This document shows, piece after piece, positions 48,906 to 62,140 of a stretch of 64,000 bases of DNA (positions are counted from its first letter, which is position 1; every line of letters starts with the position of its first letter). The DNA comes from Macrostomum lignano (taxonomy: Eukaryota): contig NIVC01000672.1 in assembly GCA_002269645.1 (NCBI GenBank), positions 62,001 to 126,000 of the forward strand, written 5' to 3'. The position numbers were made by a program, and so were the translations under genes. The notes beneath the pieces are model-generated. The model was not told where the DNA came from. It ran no database searches and was given only the letters and a program-made list of their open reading frames with translations.

Positions 48906-50533
48906 AATTCTTGTCTGGGCAAAATTAAAGACAAAAAATGAAGGCAAAGAATTATCAGGCAACAGATGACAAATTCTGCTTTTGTTAGAATTTTTCTATT
49001 GTCAATTTCATAGTTTTATCCCTTTAACACTCGGATATTCATGAATATTTAGCTGGGATTGAGAATACCTAAACAAGTAGCTATTACCTATGAATTTTTA
49101 AGTTCTGTTTACAGAAGTGTAGAAGCATAAAAGATAGTAACGTTATTTTTCTAATATCTTTCACATTACTCTTTAGTGATATTTCAATAATACACAATGA
49201 GCCTTTCATACCTATTTACCAGCTGTATGCAAAAACGTCATAGATTGTACTCGTATCTGATCATGTTTTAAGCAGATATATAAATGTGTTTTTATATCTG
49301 TTCAAAAGTTAAGAAAGCGAAGGAAGTGTACATTTCTATCACGGTAGCTGATAGTGTACTTACAGCACCGCAGTACATTTAATTTTAGACGTACATAAAA
49401 AGTAGAACTTCATCCAAAATGAATAAAGCCTATAAATAGATGCATGCAGGCAGCCTTTAACAAGGAAGACATCGTACAAATACTTACTCTGCACCTCATT
49501 ACTTGCAGTTTAACAGATACAGGGTTTAGTAATCATATAGTTATTCTGATATCAGTAATGCAATTATCCAAATCAGATCACATCAATCATTTCATAAAAC
49601 TAGCCAGCAATTCTTGCGGGATTTCTTTAGAAGTTCTGGGCCTCTTTTGAGGTGTTGCTTAATTTTTTGTTGACACAATGCTGAGAAACCTATACGCGTT
49701 TATAAAGCAGCAAAACTCCATCGCTTGGTTGCGAAAAACTTAGTGTACTAACTTTGCGTACAATGCCAAGCGCAAAAAACAAGTTCCCTTTTAAACGTGC
49801 AGTGTTGACTGTACTTAGTTGCAATGTGCAATACAAAAACACTTTGTGGCGTACACCATGTTTCACTCTACTGCGAGCTAAGTAGAGTCTGCATTTCGCC
49901 TTTTAACTGGGCGGCAACTGTGTGCGCATGCACTGTACTCACGTTTTCTTTGAAGTTCTTTTCTTTGAAACATTACCATTCTGATTTAGCCGGAAAAGCC
50001 GTAGAATAGCCTCGTACGAGTATTGAATGCGTTCTTCACTGCTGGAGAATCCACGGAATTGCTATGGGCTTCACTTGGACTTGCCGCTTGCGATGAGATA
50101 TTAAGGATTATCCGTGGAAAGCCGCTTAAAATATCAACAGCTTAAAAATCTGGTTCCCAAGCACATCGGTGGCTTCTAATTGTGCCTACGAGTACGCACC
50201 ACTACTGTGAGTTGAGTATAATTTTGCACACTGAGTTAAAGTTGAAGAAATTTGATCATGATTTTTGACCTCTTCCTGACGAAAACATGTCACCTCAATT
50301 GCGAATGGGTGGCCTGAATTGCGAGCCATAAAAATGTCTTAAGTTTTGTCAATCTTTTGATTTGATGCCAATATTAAAGAGTGCTATTTGCCAAATCATA
50401 TTCACGGACTACTTAATTGTCGTTTATATCGTCTACTTAAGTAGTCCGTGAAATGTCATAGGTTGTACCTGATCATGTTTTAAGCAGATATACGCTCGAA
50501 TCTGTTCAAAGTGAAGAAAGCGAAGGAAATTTA

Positions 50534-50675
50534 CATTTCCATCACTGTAGCTAATAGTGTACTCACGACACCGCAGTACATTTGCATCACTGTAGCTAAT
50601 AGTGTACTCACGACACCGCAGTGCATTTCCATCACTGTAGCTAATAGTGTACTCGCAGCACCGCAGTACATTTAA
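50534..50675 (+). repeat. 45-bp motif triplicated upstream of copy 7; single copies upstream of other TRAF genes
   Basis: catcactgtagctaatagtgtact...gcaccgcagtacattt also at about 15395, 28435/28665 and 49335. Confidence 0.85.
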
Positions 50676-50934
50676 TTTTAGACGTTTTGTAAAAAAGGAA
50701 AACTTCATCTAAAATGAAAACGCCTATAAACAGAATCACAGGCAGCCTTTATCAAGGAAGCAACGCACGCCATATGAACAACCTTATAAGAGGAAATAAC
50801 TGCAGTACAATAGACAGTACTGAAGAGTTCAGGTAGAACCCTGTGGCATTAGCAGTAACCCTAGTAAAGTGAAGGCAGCCTATTTAGAACTGACAATTAA
50901 AAACGTTTGAAAACAGTTCACTGCTTCAACCGCC

Positions 50935-53402
50935 ATGTCCGAGCTGCCTTCGAGTGTGACGGCCGCACGGCCGGTCTCCGATCTGCCGGCCCACCTGCAG
51001 TGCAGCAGCTGCTCCAAGCCGCTCTTCAACGCCCGACAGACTCCGCACGGGTGCCGCCTGTGCCACGCCTGCGTCACCGGCCTGCTGCACGAGGTGGAGA
51101 AGCGGCCCTGTCCCGGAAACACCGAGGCCTGCACACTCAGAGACCACCACTCGGAGGAGGACGCTGGCGGCGAGGTCGAGGTCGAGGTGAGCCAGGCTAC
51201 CTGCTTTCCCGACATGGCGACGAGACGCGAGGTCGCCAAGCTGCGAGTCCGCTGTCCGAACTGCGACGCCGGCTGCTCTGTCCAACTCGAATGGGCTCGC
51301 ATGGACCAGCATGTGCAACAGAGCTGCGACTGGCACTCACTCCGCTGTGAGCAGTGCAAAGAGCTCATCCTGAAGAAGGACATGCAGCGACACACCAGCA
51401 GCGAGTGTCGCCACAGGAAGGAGACCTGCGACCTGTGCTCTCAGCTGGTCACACACAGCGAGATGGAGACCAGTCACAGGAATCTGCAGTCCGATGTGTG
51501 CTGTCCGAGATTCTCAGCTCGCTGTCCTCACTGCTCGGAGCGGAGCACACCGATGGACAGGCGGGGATATGTTGCTCACCTGTCGGAGTGTCCCGAGAGA
51601 CCTCGTGGCGCTTCGATCGCACCTCAGCGCCAAATTGCCTCTTCTCAACGGCTGCAGCGAGCTATTGGTAAGTGAAACATTTTTAAATACAAATTTATGT
51701 CATGTGTGTTTCTGGCTTCAATTTTCTGAAAAGTAGCAAACTATTCAACTTCACGGATTCTCAGGCAACTCTGGGAGCCGACCAGCGCGTGACTCCGCCA
51801 CGGACAGCAGCAGAATTTTGTTTGACGAAAGGCTGACTGATTCGCCGCAGGAGCCTGTCCAGGATCCAGCAGCGCCTTCAGCGAATTTTATTGCAACCGG
51901 CGGGTCGATTGCGACGCAACATTTTCCTCTTCCTTTTGGTGGAGCCGAACAAGTGCATGTTGTAAGACTTGCAAGTACACTGTGTTCGTAGCTTAGCCAG
52001 TACATTGTGTTAGCTTAGCAAGTACACTGTGTTAGCTTAGCAAGTGTAGTTTGTTAGCTTAGCAAGTGCAGTGTGTTAGCTTTTTCGCCTTCAACTTGCA
52101 GCCCGTTCGCGACCCCGAGTCGTCTGACCGCCCAGTGCAGTTGCTGCATCCTTCAAACTTGCCACCCGCTGAGCTGGGCTTCAGCCGAGGTCACAGCAGT
52201 CGAGTCGCCGCAGTCTGCCGTCTTGGAAACATTTCTTTTGTTGCCACTGGCGGCGCGGACGGGTCCGTGCTGCTGTGGCACCTGGACTCCATGTGTCTGC
52301 AGCATCGAATGCTGGCGCCATCAGCTTGGGGAGCCGTGACCCATCTGAACTCGCCGACGGGTAGCCTTCTGTTGCTCAGCTGGCAGCAGCGGACAGGCCT
52401 GGTCAGAATCCGCTGTGGGCAGCTCCTACTTCAAGGCATTGAGTCGCTTCTGCGTGACATGTTGAATGCCGGAGTCGCAGAGCTGCTGGACAGCCACTCG
52501 CCCGTGACAGCCCTCTGCCCCATCCCTGAGAATCACGCGGCAGTCGTAGGCTTTGAAGATTCCACTTTGGCTTTGGTGGCAGCGCAGGGCAGTTTCGTCG
52601 CCCTTCGGCACCAAAGTGCCGGCGACCTGGATGCGACGGCTGGGCCGCCGGTGCTTCTGCGGATCGTGGAGCCGGGCTACATGCTCTGCTTGCAGCTCGG
52701 CAACCCCAGGCTTTACTTGGCGACGCTGCGCACCGCGTTGCCGGGTCCTGCCATTGTTGGAGGCTGGCGAGCTTCAGACCGACTCGACTTGCTGGACGAA
52801 GCTGCGGCCTTGCTGCAGGCATTCGCTGCCGGCGACTTGCCCGGAGAAGCCTGTCTGATATTCCCTTGTGGGATACCCGGGCGGATCTCGGTGCTCAGAG
52901 TGGACTCCAACATGCAGCTCTGCCCAGTGGTCAGCAGATTTCTGGTAAGCTTTTTGAACAGCTGCAGAGAATTTCAACGTCTTGAAAATCTGACCTCAGA
53001 AGAAATATTTGATCGCACTGTGCTCACCGCCCGTTGCAGTGCCACGCGCAGCCAATCACCGCCCTCTGCCGGCTGACGGACGATCTGAGCGGCGCCCTGC
53101 CGTTCCTCGCCACGGCCTCGGCCGGCGGGGAAGTCAGCGTCTGGCGCATGCAGGCCGGAGCTGCACTGAACCAGCTCGCTGAGGTGCGGCTTAAAATCTC
53201 CCTCATGAGCTTCTATCGCATTGTGTTTTTTATTATCAGAATATTTCGAACCCTGCAATTTTTGCAGGTGTCGCACTTCAAGCACAGCTGCGAAGTTACT
53301 ACGATGAAGCTGCTGTCATTCGATGCTCAGCTGCATCTGCTTGTCGGAGATGCTCGGGGCAACGTTTTCTGCCTGAAGTTGCCAGTTGGTTCAAGCTTGT
53401 AA
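50935..53402 (+). CDS. TRAF-like copy 7: RING + ZF (last finger lost) + divergent WD40-like propeller (exons 50935-51667, 51765-51961, 52102-52944, 53040-53183, 53268-53402; 683 aa)
   Basis: ATT G|GTAAGT, tctcag|GC, GTT|GTAAGA, ttgcag|CCC, CTG|GTAAGC, tgcag|TGC, GAG|GTGCGG, ttgcag|GTG; phases 1,0,0,0; open joined frame. Confidence 0.83.
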
Positions 53403-55605
53403 TATTCACTTTTCAATGCATTTTAAACTTAGCGTAAAACATGCATTGCAAAGGCATCTGCAGTTATTCTACCCATTTCTTTACAAGCTCGTGATTACTT
53501 AAAATCATAATTTTGCTTCTTACATGTCTCCTTGTCTTTGATTGATTTTTCCACTCACGGAATGGCTTGACTTGTTGGATTTTAAAATAGCTCGGGAGAA
53601 TTGTTTATGAATACTCATATGATATCTGAAATTGCTCCGCTGCGTACTTTTAGTGCGTGAAAAAGTACACATTGCCTTTTTGTTTACTCTACTATTATTT
53701 CGGACGAGTGGTTTTCCGTTCAATCAGGTCAACTGTGCTTTCGACTGAGTTGCCGATTCGAATGCGTGTATTTATGGGTTAGCGGACTTGAAAGAATGCG
53801 TACAGACGCTGTAGTAAACAGCTGAACTTTCGTATTGACCGCGAGACGCTCAGCTCTTTTATTTTTTCATTCATTTTACAGCGAACAGTAGGCATTAGGG
53901 ATCTCTCTATAATGTTTCTTGTGCATAAGTCTCTCCTGAGGTTTGATATTTGTGTCCCGATAAATGCAGCTCCATGGGAAATTCTAAAGTAGGTTGTCAG
54001 ATTTTTGCACAAACAAAATTGCCAATAAATTTTTTTTCTATCTCGTCCGTATAATTTTGCGTATATGGCGGCCCCAAATAGGTCGTTTTATTTTTGTGCG
54101 TTTTGTGTGCACGGGCTTTTTAAAGCAATTAAAAAAAATAGTCGCGTGGCGCACGATGAGGTCCAGTTTTATTACTTCTAATTATAGTCTGGCTCTTGCC
54201 TCAGTTTTCCATCTTTCGATTTTTTGCTAAATTAAAAGCTTCAATTGTTAGTTCTGTCTTTGTTATTTGTTATATTAGCAAGTTGAAACACATTGAAAAC
54301 GTTAAGTAGCGGGACAAGAATCGCTAGAGTCATACCAAATATTACTGTAGCAGCTCTGGGGCGACTCTTGTGACGTTTTACCAACTCAAGTGACTGTAAT
54401 GCGGCTTAGAAGCGACTTTTAAGTCGTAGAATCGTATGAGTCGCAAAAAAGTTGTGTAATAGTCGTTATATTCACGCATAGCTTCATACTAACTCGAGTA
54501 GACTGAATAGAGTTGTTATAAGTTCGAAATGCGATTCTAATTCATCAAGTGACACATCCTTCAAACAAGTCGTCTAGGGAGACTAGAGTCGCTTCTTTTC
54601 TATTTTACCTGTGTTACCTGCAATGCCCGTTGAGGATCTAAGAGTAGAAGCAAGATTTCTATATCGATTTTAATCATAAAAGTGCTCGTATCAAACGGTT
54701 TTTAGTCATCTGGTATTTCCCCTAGAAAATAAACAACCTAATTGCTTTAAGGAGCGCTTAGTGAAGATTCTTGTCAATATGGGGTAGTCAGAGTGAATCC
54801 CAGAAGTGCGCATTGAAAAGCGCTTTAGTCTTGCCAATAAATAGTTGAGCAGTTTTCCTGCGTACAAAAGAATGGTCAGACAGACGAAAAGTTTTACCAT
54901 CTAGTGTGTACTATTTAAAGTGCAAAGTAAGTCATTGAGATGCAGCTGTAGTACCTTGTGTAGCTTTTCAAGGATTTTCAAGAACAGAGCTGCATTATTT
55001 GCTGTCCGAAGTTATAATTATAGCACTGAAAATCACAAACTTATTCTCGTCGTGCAACGCAGCATGGCTACAAGGTAGTACCGAATTAGCCTTAGAAATG
55101 TCACATTTCTCATTCTAGTTATGTTTCCATGACCTGCAAGCCACTTCTGACCTTCAGTGCACTTTCTGATGATGCTTCTGTAGCGAAGAATTCTCGATCC
55201 ATCAGCATACAAGAAAACTTCCAAAGTTCGAACGTTTGATTTGGCGCTTTTGATAGGCATGATATTAAGAAATATGAGTAACAAAGTATCAAGTACAGAA
55301 AAAGCTCGAAGTAATTCGATAAGCTTGCCAGATCGGTCACCAAGTTCAGGACGCAAAACCGACTGCCTCAGAATGACGCAATTCGAGTAGCTAAAATGGG
55401 AGAAACATTTTGAATTCGTTTAGCAAATTACTAAATGACCAGCTGTTCGGTAGATGACTCGATCCTGGCGCCCGTACCCGCTGTTGAAATTGTTCAAGAC
55501 TCTGAAAAGCTGCTGCAAACCTCACAGCAGCTTCCGACGCTGAAGAATGTAGCTCGTTCAATGGAAAACTTTTCTGAATTATAAAATCTCCATAGACGCC
55601 ACCAA

Positions 55606-55700
55606 AATCTGTCAGCCAGCTGCTCGAGCTGCCCAGTTCGCCGCATTGACCTCCTTGAACTGCAAGCACTCTTGAACTGCTCGAAGACGCTGCCGACACA
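55606..55700 (-). pseudogene. Degenerate coiled-coil exon relic
   Basis: CVGSVFEQFK...NAANWA...LEQLADRF with frameshifts. Confidence 0.8.
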
Positions 55701-55807
55701 TCGCAATCATCGACTGCACGAACGCAATTCCAAAAAAATGGATAAAATTGTAGAATGCGATTCCAAATCTGAATCTAATGCATAATGGTATAACAAATAT
55801 CAATTAT

Positions 55808-56435
55808 AGTGTTAGCTTAGCATGTACACTAAGTTAGCTTAGCATGTACACTGAGTTAGCTTAGCATGTACACTGAGTTAGCTTAGCATGTACACTGAGT
55901 TAGCTTAGCATGTACACTGAGTTAGTTTAGCATGTACACAGAGTTAGCTTAGCATGTACACTGAGTTAGCTTAGCATGTACACTGAGTTAGCTTAGCATG
56001 TACACTGAGTTAGCTTAGCAAGTACACTGAGTTAGCTTAGCATGTACACTGAGTTAGCTTAGCAAGTACACTGAGTTAGCTTAGCATGTACACTGAGTTA
56101 GCTTAGCATGTACACAGAGTTAGCTTAGCATGTACACTGAGTTAGCTTAGCATGTACACTGAGTTAGCTTAGCATGTACACTGAGTTAGCTTAGCATGTA
56201 CACTGAGTTAGCTTAGCATGTACACTGAGTTAGCTTAGCATGTACACTGAGTTAGCTTAGCATGTACACTGAGTTAGCTTAGCATGTACACTGAGTTAGT
56301 TTAGCATGTACACTGAGTTAGTTTAGCATGTACACTGAGTTAGCTTAGCATGTACACTGAGTTAGCTTAGCATGTACACTGAGTTAGCTTAGCATGTACA
56401 CTGAGTTAGTTTAGCAAGTACACTGTGTTAGCTTT
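55808..56435. repeat. 22-bp minisatellite (gttagcttagcatgtacactga)n, about 28 copies
   Basis: Degenerate seed copies occur in intron 2 of copy 7 (about 51990-52080). Confidence 0.95.
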
Positions 56436-56489
56436 TCGGAACTGGGAATGTAGTGGAGGTGAGTCAAATTTCAGTTACAACAGCATTTT

Positions 56490-56580
56490 GTTCAACATGC
56501 AGCCAGTTCGTGAGTCCGAGTCGTCAGACCGCCCAGTGGCAGTTGCTGCATCCTTCAAACTTGCCACTTTCAGCCGAGGA
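56490..56580 (+). pseudogene. Relic of the 5' end of the copy-7 WD40 exon
   Basis: tgcagccagttcgtgagtccgagtcgtcagaccgcccagtggcagttgctgcatccttcaaacttgccac matches 52097-52170. Confidence 0.8.
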
Positions 56581-58168
56581 TAGCTTCAAGTGTAGGTTCC
56601 GTCTTTTTGATTTGTTCTATTGGCGATTGGACACACGCTGAAAACGTCAAAGTCTTGGACAAGAATCGCTATCGTTTAGCAGGAGTTGTAGCAAAAATGA
56701 CTCGAGCAACTCAGGGGCGACTCTTGTAACGACTCAAGCGACTGCAATGCGGCTTAGAGGAGACTCTTGAATCTCAAGCGCATCAAGTAAGTTGTTGAAT
56801 CGTATGAGTCGCGAGAAAGTTGTCCAAGAGTCGTATTCACGTAACTTATTACTATATCAAGTAGACCAAACAGATTTTATATAAACGCAAAATGTAACGC
56901 AGACGCGCCGGCCCCAGAGTCAGTATAAAAGCGCCACAGAGTCACTTGCATCACACACTAAAGGCATTTCAGGGTCGCAGACAATCAAACACATCAGATT
57001 GAGCCTTAAGTGACTCTTTGATGACTTTTCGGCGAAGTTTGACAGTGACATCTCACCGTTTTAGAGTCATTTAGAGTCACCTCTTTCCTATTTTACCTGT
57101 GTTACCTGCAACGGCTCTGAAACAACTTTGGGGCGTGACTCTGGGGCGCTTCTTAGCCTTGGTACAGTTTTTTATCGGGAACGGCCTGTTAAGGAGCTGA
57201 GAGTAGAAGTGAATTTTCGATGTCGATTTTAATTAATCATAAAAGCGCTCGAAGCAAACCTTTTTTAGTCAAACTGACGAACTAGTCTAGCCAAATCGCA
57301 AAATTTTTCCTGTATACTAATGAAACTTGCTAGACGAAAAGATTTAACTTTTAGTGCGTACTATTTAAAGTGCATAGGCTTTTAATAAAGTGCAGCTGTA
57401 GTACCTTGTAGCTTTTCCATATAGAACGAAGCTGCATTAGGTACTGTGGAAATTTATAATTATAGCAGTGGTGAATCAACTTTTTATTCTAGTAGAGAAA
57501 TACAGGAAGGCTACAAAGCAGTACCGAACAAGCCGTTCCTCGTGGTAGTCATGTGTTACCATGACCTGTACGCCAATTCAGTGCACTTTTGATGATGCTT
57601 TCATAGCGAAGAATATTGGATAAATTTCACAACAACTGAGACATAAATCAATAAGCATGCAAAAACAGCAAAAATTCGAACGCTTAATTTAGCGAATTTA
57701 CAGCGATCTTAGCTCGCAATAGGCTTAATATTAGGAAGCGCGAGTAATAATATCATTATCAAGTTCCAAGTTCAGGCAGCAGAATCCACTGGCTCAGAGT
57801 TCCGCAGTTCGAGTAGCTGAAAAATGGTAATGCCTCTCTACTTTTTAGAAGCGTTTAACAACTCACTAGAACATAAAAATTTGAAGGCTCACAAGAATTA
57901 CTAGCTGTTCGGCAGGTGACTCGATCCTGGCGCCACGTGGGCAATTTCGAAATTGTTCAAGACTCTGGAAAGCCGCTACAGTCCTCACAGACGCTGACAA
58001 ATGATTAAAAAACTTTTCCGCATTATAAAATCTCAGTTTAAAAAACATTAGGGAAGTCGGCCTGCCTCATCTTCTGCAACAAAGACTCACTTGAACTCAA
58101 CGACATACCTTGGGGCTGTTGTAATGAAAGTCTAAAATATTTTTTATTATAAAAAAGTTCTTATTTAC

Positions 58169-58999
58169 CTGTACTCCGCTGAGCTATCACGGCCTGTCAG
58201 AGCCTCGAGTCCATGAGCGCAAGGTGAGAGTCCACGCTGTCGATGTGGTGCCTCTCCAGATCGGACCTGCGCACCATCGCCCTGCAGCCCAGGTGAGAGT
58301 ACTTGCACTCTACCGGTCTCTCGGGACACTCCGACAGGTGAGCAACGTAAGCACGTCAATCCAGTTTTTTTCTACTGTTGCAGTGAGGACAGCGAGCAGA
58401 GTATCTCGGACAGCACACATCGGACTGCAGATTCCTGTGACTGGTCTCCATCTCGCTGTGTGTGACCAGCTGAGAGCACAGGTCGCAGGTCTCCTTCCTG
58501 TGGCGACACTCGCTGCTGGTGTGTCGCTGCATGTCCTTCTTCAGAATGAGCTCTTTGCACTGCTCACAGCGGAGTGAGTGCCAGTCGCAGCTCTGTTGCA
58601 CATGCTGGTCCATGCGAGCCCATTCGAGTTGGACAGAGCAGCCGGCGTCGCAGTTCGGACAGCGGACTCGCAGCTTGGCGACCTCGCGTCTCGTCGCCAT
58701 GTCGGGAAAGCAGGTAGCCTGGCTCACCTCGATCTCGACCTCGCCGCCGCCAACGTCCTCCTCCGAGTGGTGGTCTCTGAGTGTGCAGGCCTCGGTGTGT
58801 CCGGGACAGGGCCGCTTCTCCACCTCGTGCAGCAGGCCGGTGACGCAGGCCTGGCACAGGCGGCACCCATGCGGAGTCTGTCGGGCGTTGAAGAGTTGAA
58901 GGCGTTGAACTGGGCGTTGGAGCAGCAGCTGCACTGCAGGTGAGCCGGCAGATCGGAGACCGGCCGGGCTTCCGACACACTCGAAGGCAGCTCGGACAT
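58169..58999 (-). pseudogene. TRAF-like copy 8 exon 1 (pseudogene)
   Basis: Frameshifting micro-duplication in the RING (ttcaacgcc repeats, about 58890-58920); in-frame TGA at 58356-58358 and at about 58198-58200; phase-1 donor ACA G|GTAAAT retained. Confidence 0.88.
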
Positions 59000-59194
59000 G
59001 GTTGAAGTTGATGCAGACAATCTAATTTAATTCGAAAATCTTCAGAGCGGAACTTGAAGCAGAGCCAGTGGGATCAGGAATTTATAGAGTTAGTTTCATT
59101 TCACAATGTACATGTACAATGTAGTTGCTAGTTTGTCCGGTCAGAAATGCTAAGAATAGCGAATAATGTATTTTTAGAAAAACAATGAAATGAC

Positions 59195-59330
59195 TGCGAG
59201 GAGAGCAGCAGGCTGGTGACGCAGGTCTGGCGCAGGCGGCACCTATGCGGAGTCTCTTGTAAGTTGAAGAGCGGCTTGGTGCAGAGTGGATATACAAATG
59301 TAGGGTGGTTGGAGCAGTGAACAGCAATTA
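59195..59330 (-). pseudogene. Old diverged RING relic
   Basis: LCTKPLFNLQETPHRCRLRQTCVTSLL versus CSKPLFNARQTPHGCRLCQACVTGLL. Confidence 0.75.
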
Positions 59331-59619
59331 TAAGGTCTATTCGATTGATTTCCTTTTGTTCGATCCAGTTGTTTAGCAGTTCTGCAGTGAGTTTTTTATG
59401 GCTATTGTGGAAGAATTGAGGGACCTTGGAGATAAAAGTATACGGAGGAACAAGTTTCATTGTTTCCACGGATTTTTTGTTGAACTGACTTTTTGTATTC
59501 AAAGTGGTTTTCTTCAAATGAAGCAAACCTTTTCCATCTGCTTACAAAGATTTTGCCTAAAGTTTTCTGCGGATTCAGTTTTGTCTTTTCCTAATCTTGG
59601 GTATCAAGTGGTAGGTGGC

Positions 59620-60157
59620 TCTGCAAATCTTTCTACCTGTGAGTGGCTCTGCAACTCTTTCTACCTGTGAGTGGCTCTGCAACTCTTTCTACCTGTGAGT
59701 GGCTCTGCAACTCTTTCTACCTGTGAGTGGCTCTGCAACTCTTTCTACCTGTGAGTGGCTCTGCAAATCTTTCTACCTGTGAGTGGCTCTGCAACTCTTT
59801 CTACCTGTGAGTGGCTCTGCAACTCTTTCTACCTGTGAGTGGCTCTGCAACTCTTTCTACCTGTGAGTGGCTCTGCAACTCTTTCTACCTGTGAGTGGCT
59901 CTGCAAATCTTTCTACCTGTGAGTGGCTCTGCAAATCTTTCTACCTGTGAGTGGCTCTGCAAATCTTTCTACCTGTGAGTGGCTCTGCAAATCTTTCTAC
60001 CTGTGAGTGGCTCTGCAACTCTTTCTACCTGTGAGTGGCTCTGCAACTCTTTCTACCTGTGAGTGGCTCTGCAACTCTTTCTACCTGTGAGTGGCTCTGC
60101 AAATCTTTCTACCTGTGAGTGGCTCTGCAACTCTTTCTACCCGTGAGTGGCTCTGCT
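59620..60157. repeat. 28-bp minisatellite (gtgagtggctctgcaactctttctacct)n, about 19 copies
   Basis: Direct reading. Confidence 0.95.
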
Positions 60158-62140
60158 GAGTGTTTCAGCAGACTTCATAGTTTTTACCGAGAAGAACGGC
60201 AAGAAGCAGCTGTCAAACAGCTTGGGAGTTGTTCAAAGTTAGCTCCAACGTCATGTTTAATTTTAGACGGCTCAAGTGCTGTCTGTTCAGATTAATTTGC
60301 AGTTGGTCTGAGTCATGCAGTTCAATAAAATGATATACAAAATAGATACGAGTGTACTGGGACTAAAAAATGGTACTATAGCTCTTATTTTTATGGAAGA
60401 CGTGGGTTCTAAATCGGTATTCTTGTTTGCTTAACGACAGGAGATCCCTAAACCAATGTTCAATGGCGTTTTCATTTTCAAAGCACTTGCGACGCTGAAA
60501 GCTACTACGAGTAGTACCTTGTTTTATTTCGGTTCAACCATGCCATCCATAATTTTATCAAATTTGCCGACAGTTTTCGTTTCTGCTGTCAGTACGAGAG
60601 GTGTTGCTCTGACCAAATGAGAAAACAGTAATGCCCATTTGAGCTGAGATTTGAGCCAAAGCACAAAGCCAAAGCAGCAAAATTAATTGGTAAAACTGCA
60701 AATCGATTCTGCTAAGAAAAACTTAGATATTAAAGTTTTAAGCGTTGGTTTCTTACATGACTTTCCAATTTGAGCAACCCAATTAGTGCTGCTATTTTTC
60801 TCATGAAAGCTCTGCATGCGAAAGTCGGGGCGTTTCCCCAATTCGTAATACCAAGACAGACTAAATGTCCTTAAGGCAGAATATTAAAAACAAACTCGCT
60901 CATGGTTTGCACAGAAATAGAACCCCACGCAGTTCCCCGAAATAGCGCGTCAAGGTACTTCTGACTGTAACTACAGTGCCAGTAGAACAAGTTTGTAACT
61001 CTGCTCATATTATACTCGTACATGTATACTCGCATTCCTTATTCTGGCATAAATATGGCAATTATAGTTTCTAATAACAGTGGGATGATTTTTCTGAGCC
61101 AGAGACAAGTGATCCCATTTGATTTGTCTCAAAAGTAGCAGGCAGGTTGTGCTGCAAACAGCCAGCATGACAAATGGATTGAGGCCTGTGATACTTGAAC
61201 ATGTATTCCTATCGAAGCGAACGCACGAGCGAACAAAATCTGTTTTTTAAAAGAAGAGCAACAAAGCATAAAAAACTTATAAAAATCATAAAACAGTCTG
61301 ACGCATTGGACAAAAAAGAATGTTAAACTACCGGCCTGCATTGAAGCTACTATTGAAGAGTAAAAATAAACCTTGTTTTATTTTAAATTCACACGCAATA
61401 GCTAAAATTAAACATTTTTTAACAAATTAGGTAGAATTTTATGCGGAAAACAGAACGCTTATAAAAAGAAACATTCGTTATGGTGGTTCTCAATGTTACG
61501 AGTGCAGTTGAATGTGCAATTCTTTACTAATTTAATTTTTACGAATGTATCAATCGAGTGCATTGGAATTTCAGTTTTTATATTGGCTCTCAGATCTGAA
61601 GGCGGCAGTGTCATTCTAACTTTTGGTTCACTTTCACTTGCAGCAAACGGTTCAACTATTCACTCTGAAATTTAGTTCAATGCGAAAGTCGTCAAATTTA
61701 CGCAGCCCTCGTACCCGAAAATGAACTGCGAAATGCACGAAACAATTCCCGAATCCACTTGTTCGTCTTTCAGTAGAGCTGTGTCGTTCAAAGTCTAAAA
61801 ATAGAACAGGGAAATCCCTGCCCAGAGCACTCTCTAACTTTCTATTATTAAAAAAGCAGAAACCAGAACTGACAAAAAATCATTTATATTTTTTATAATA
61901 CGACAAACTGCCTCGCATAGTGAAAAGTGCCCACATCATGCACACAATTCAAGAATGCACATAATTAGTAATTCAGAGCTTGCTTCAGACCTGTACGCTT
62001 GTACACTTGTATAAAATGAATTCGGAACAGCATCAAACAGGAATTCAAACATAAACTGACAAATTTTGTTCAAAAATCCGGCAGTATCATTGCAACAGCT
62101 TATTTATTTTATCAGAAACATTAAACCCTCTCTGTGAGAC

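Larger units (their letters stand above)
54310..58050. repeat. Diverged direct duplication of about 1.3 kb (54310-55600 vs 56650-58050)
   Basis: Collinear anchors ggacaagaatcgcta, ttttacctgtgttacctgcaa, gtactatttaaagtgca, gactcgatcctggcgcc, aattgttcaagactctg. Confidence 0.8.

Noticed and set aside
15657-53402. Naming the WD40 genes TRAF7, or the others TRAF2/3/6
   Set aside because: Orthology cannot be shown by eye; finger number, the RING variant and the missing coiled coil or MATH differ from the canonical genes.
55160-55195. Hammerhead ribozyme (ctgatga-tgct...agc-gaag)
   Set aside because: The core requires GAAA but has GAAG, flanking stems were not found, and the duplicate at about 57590 has lost CTGATGA.
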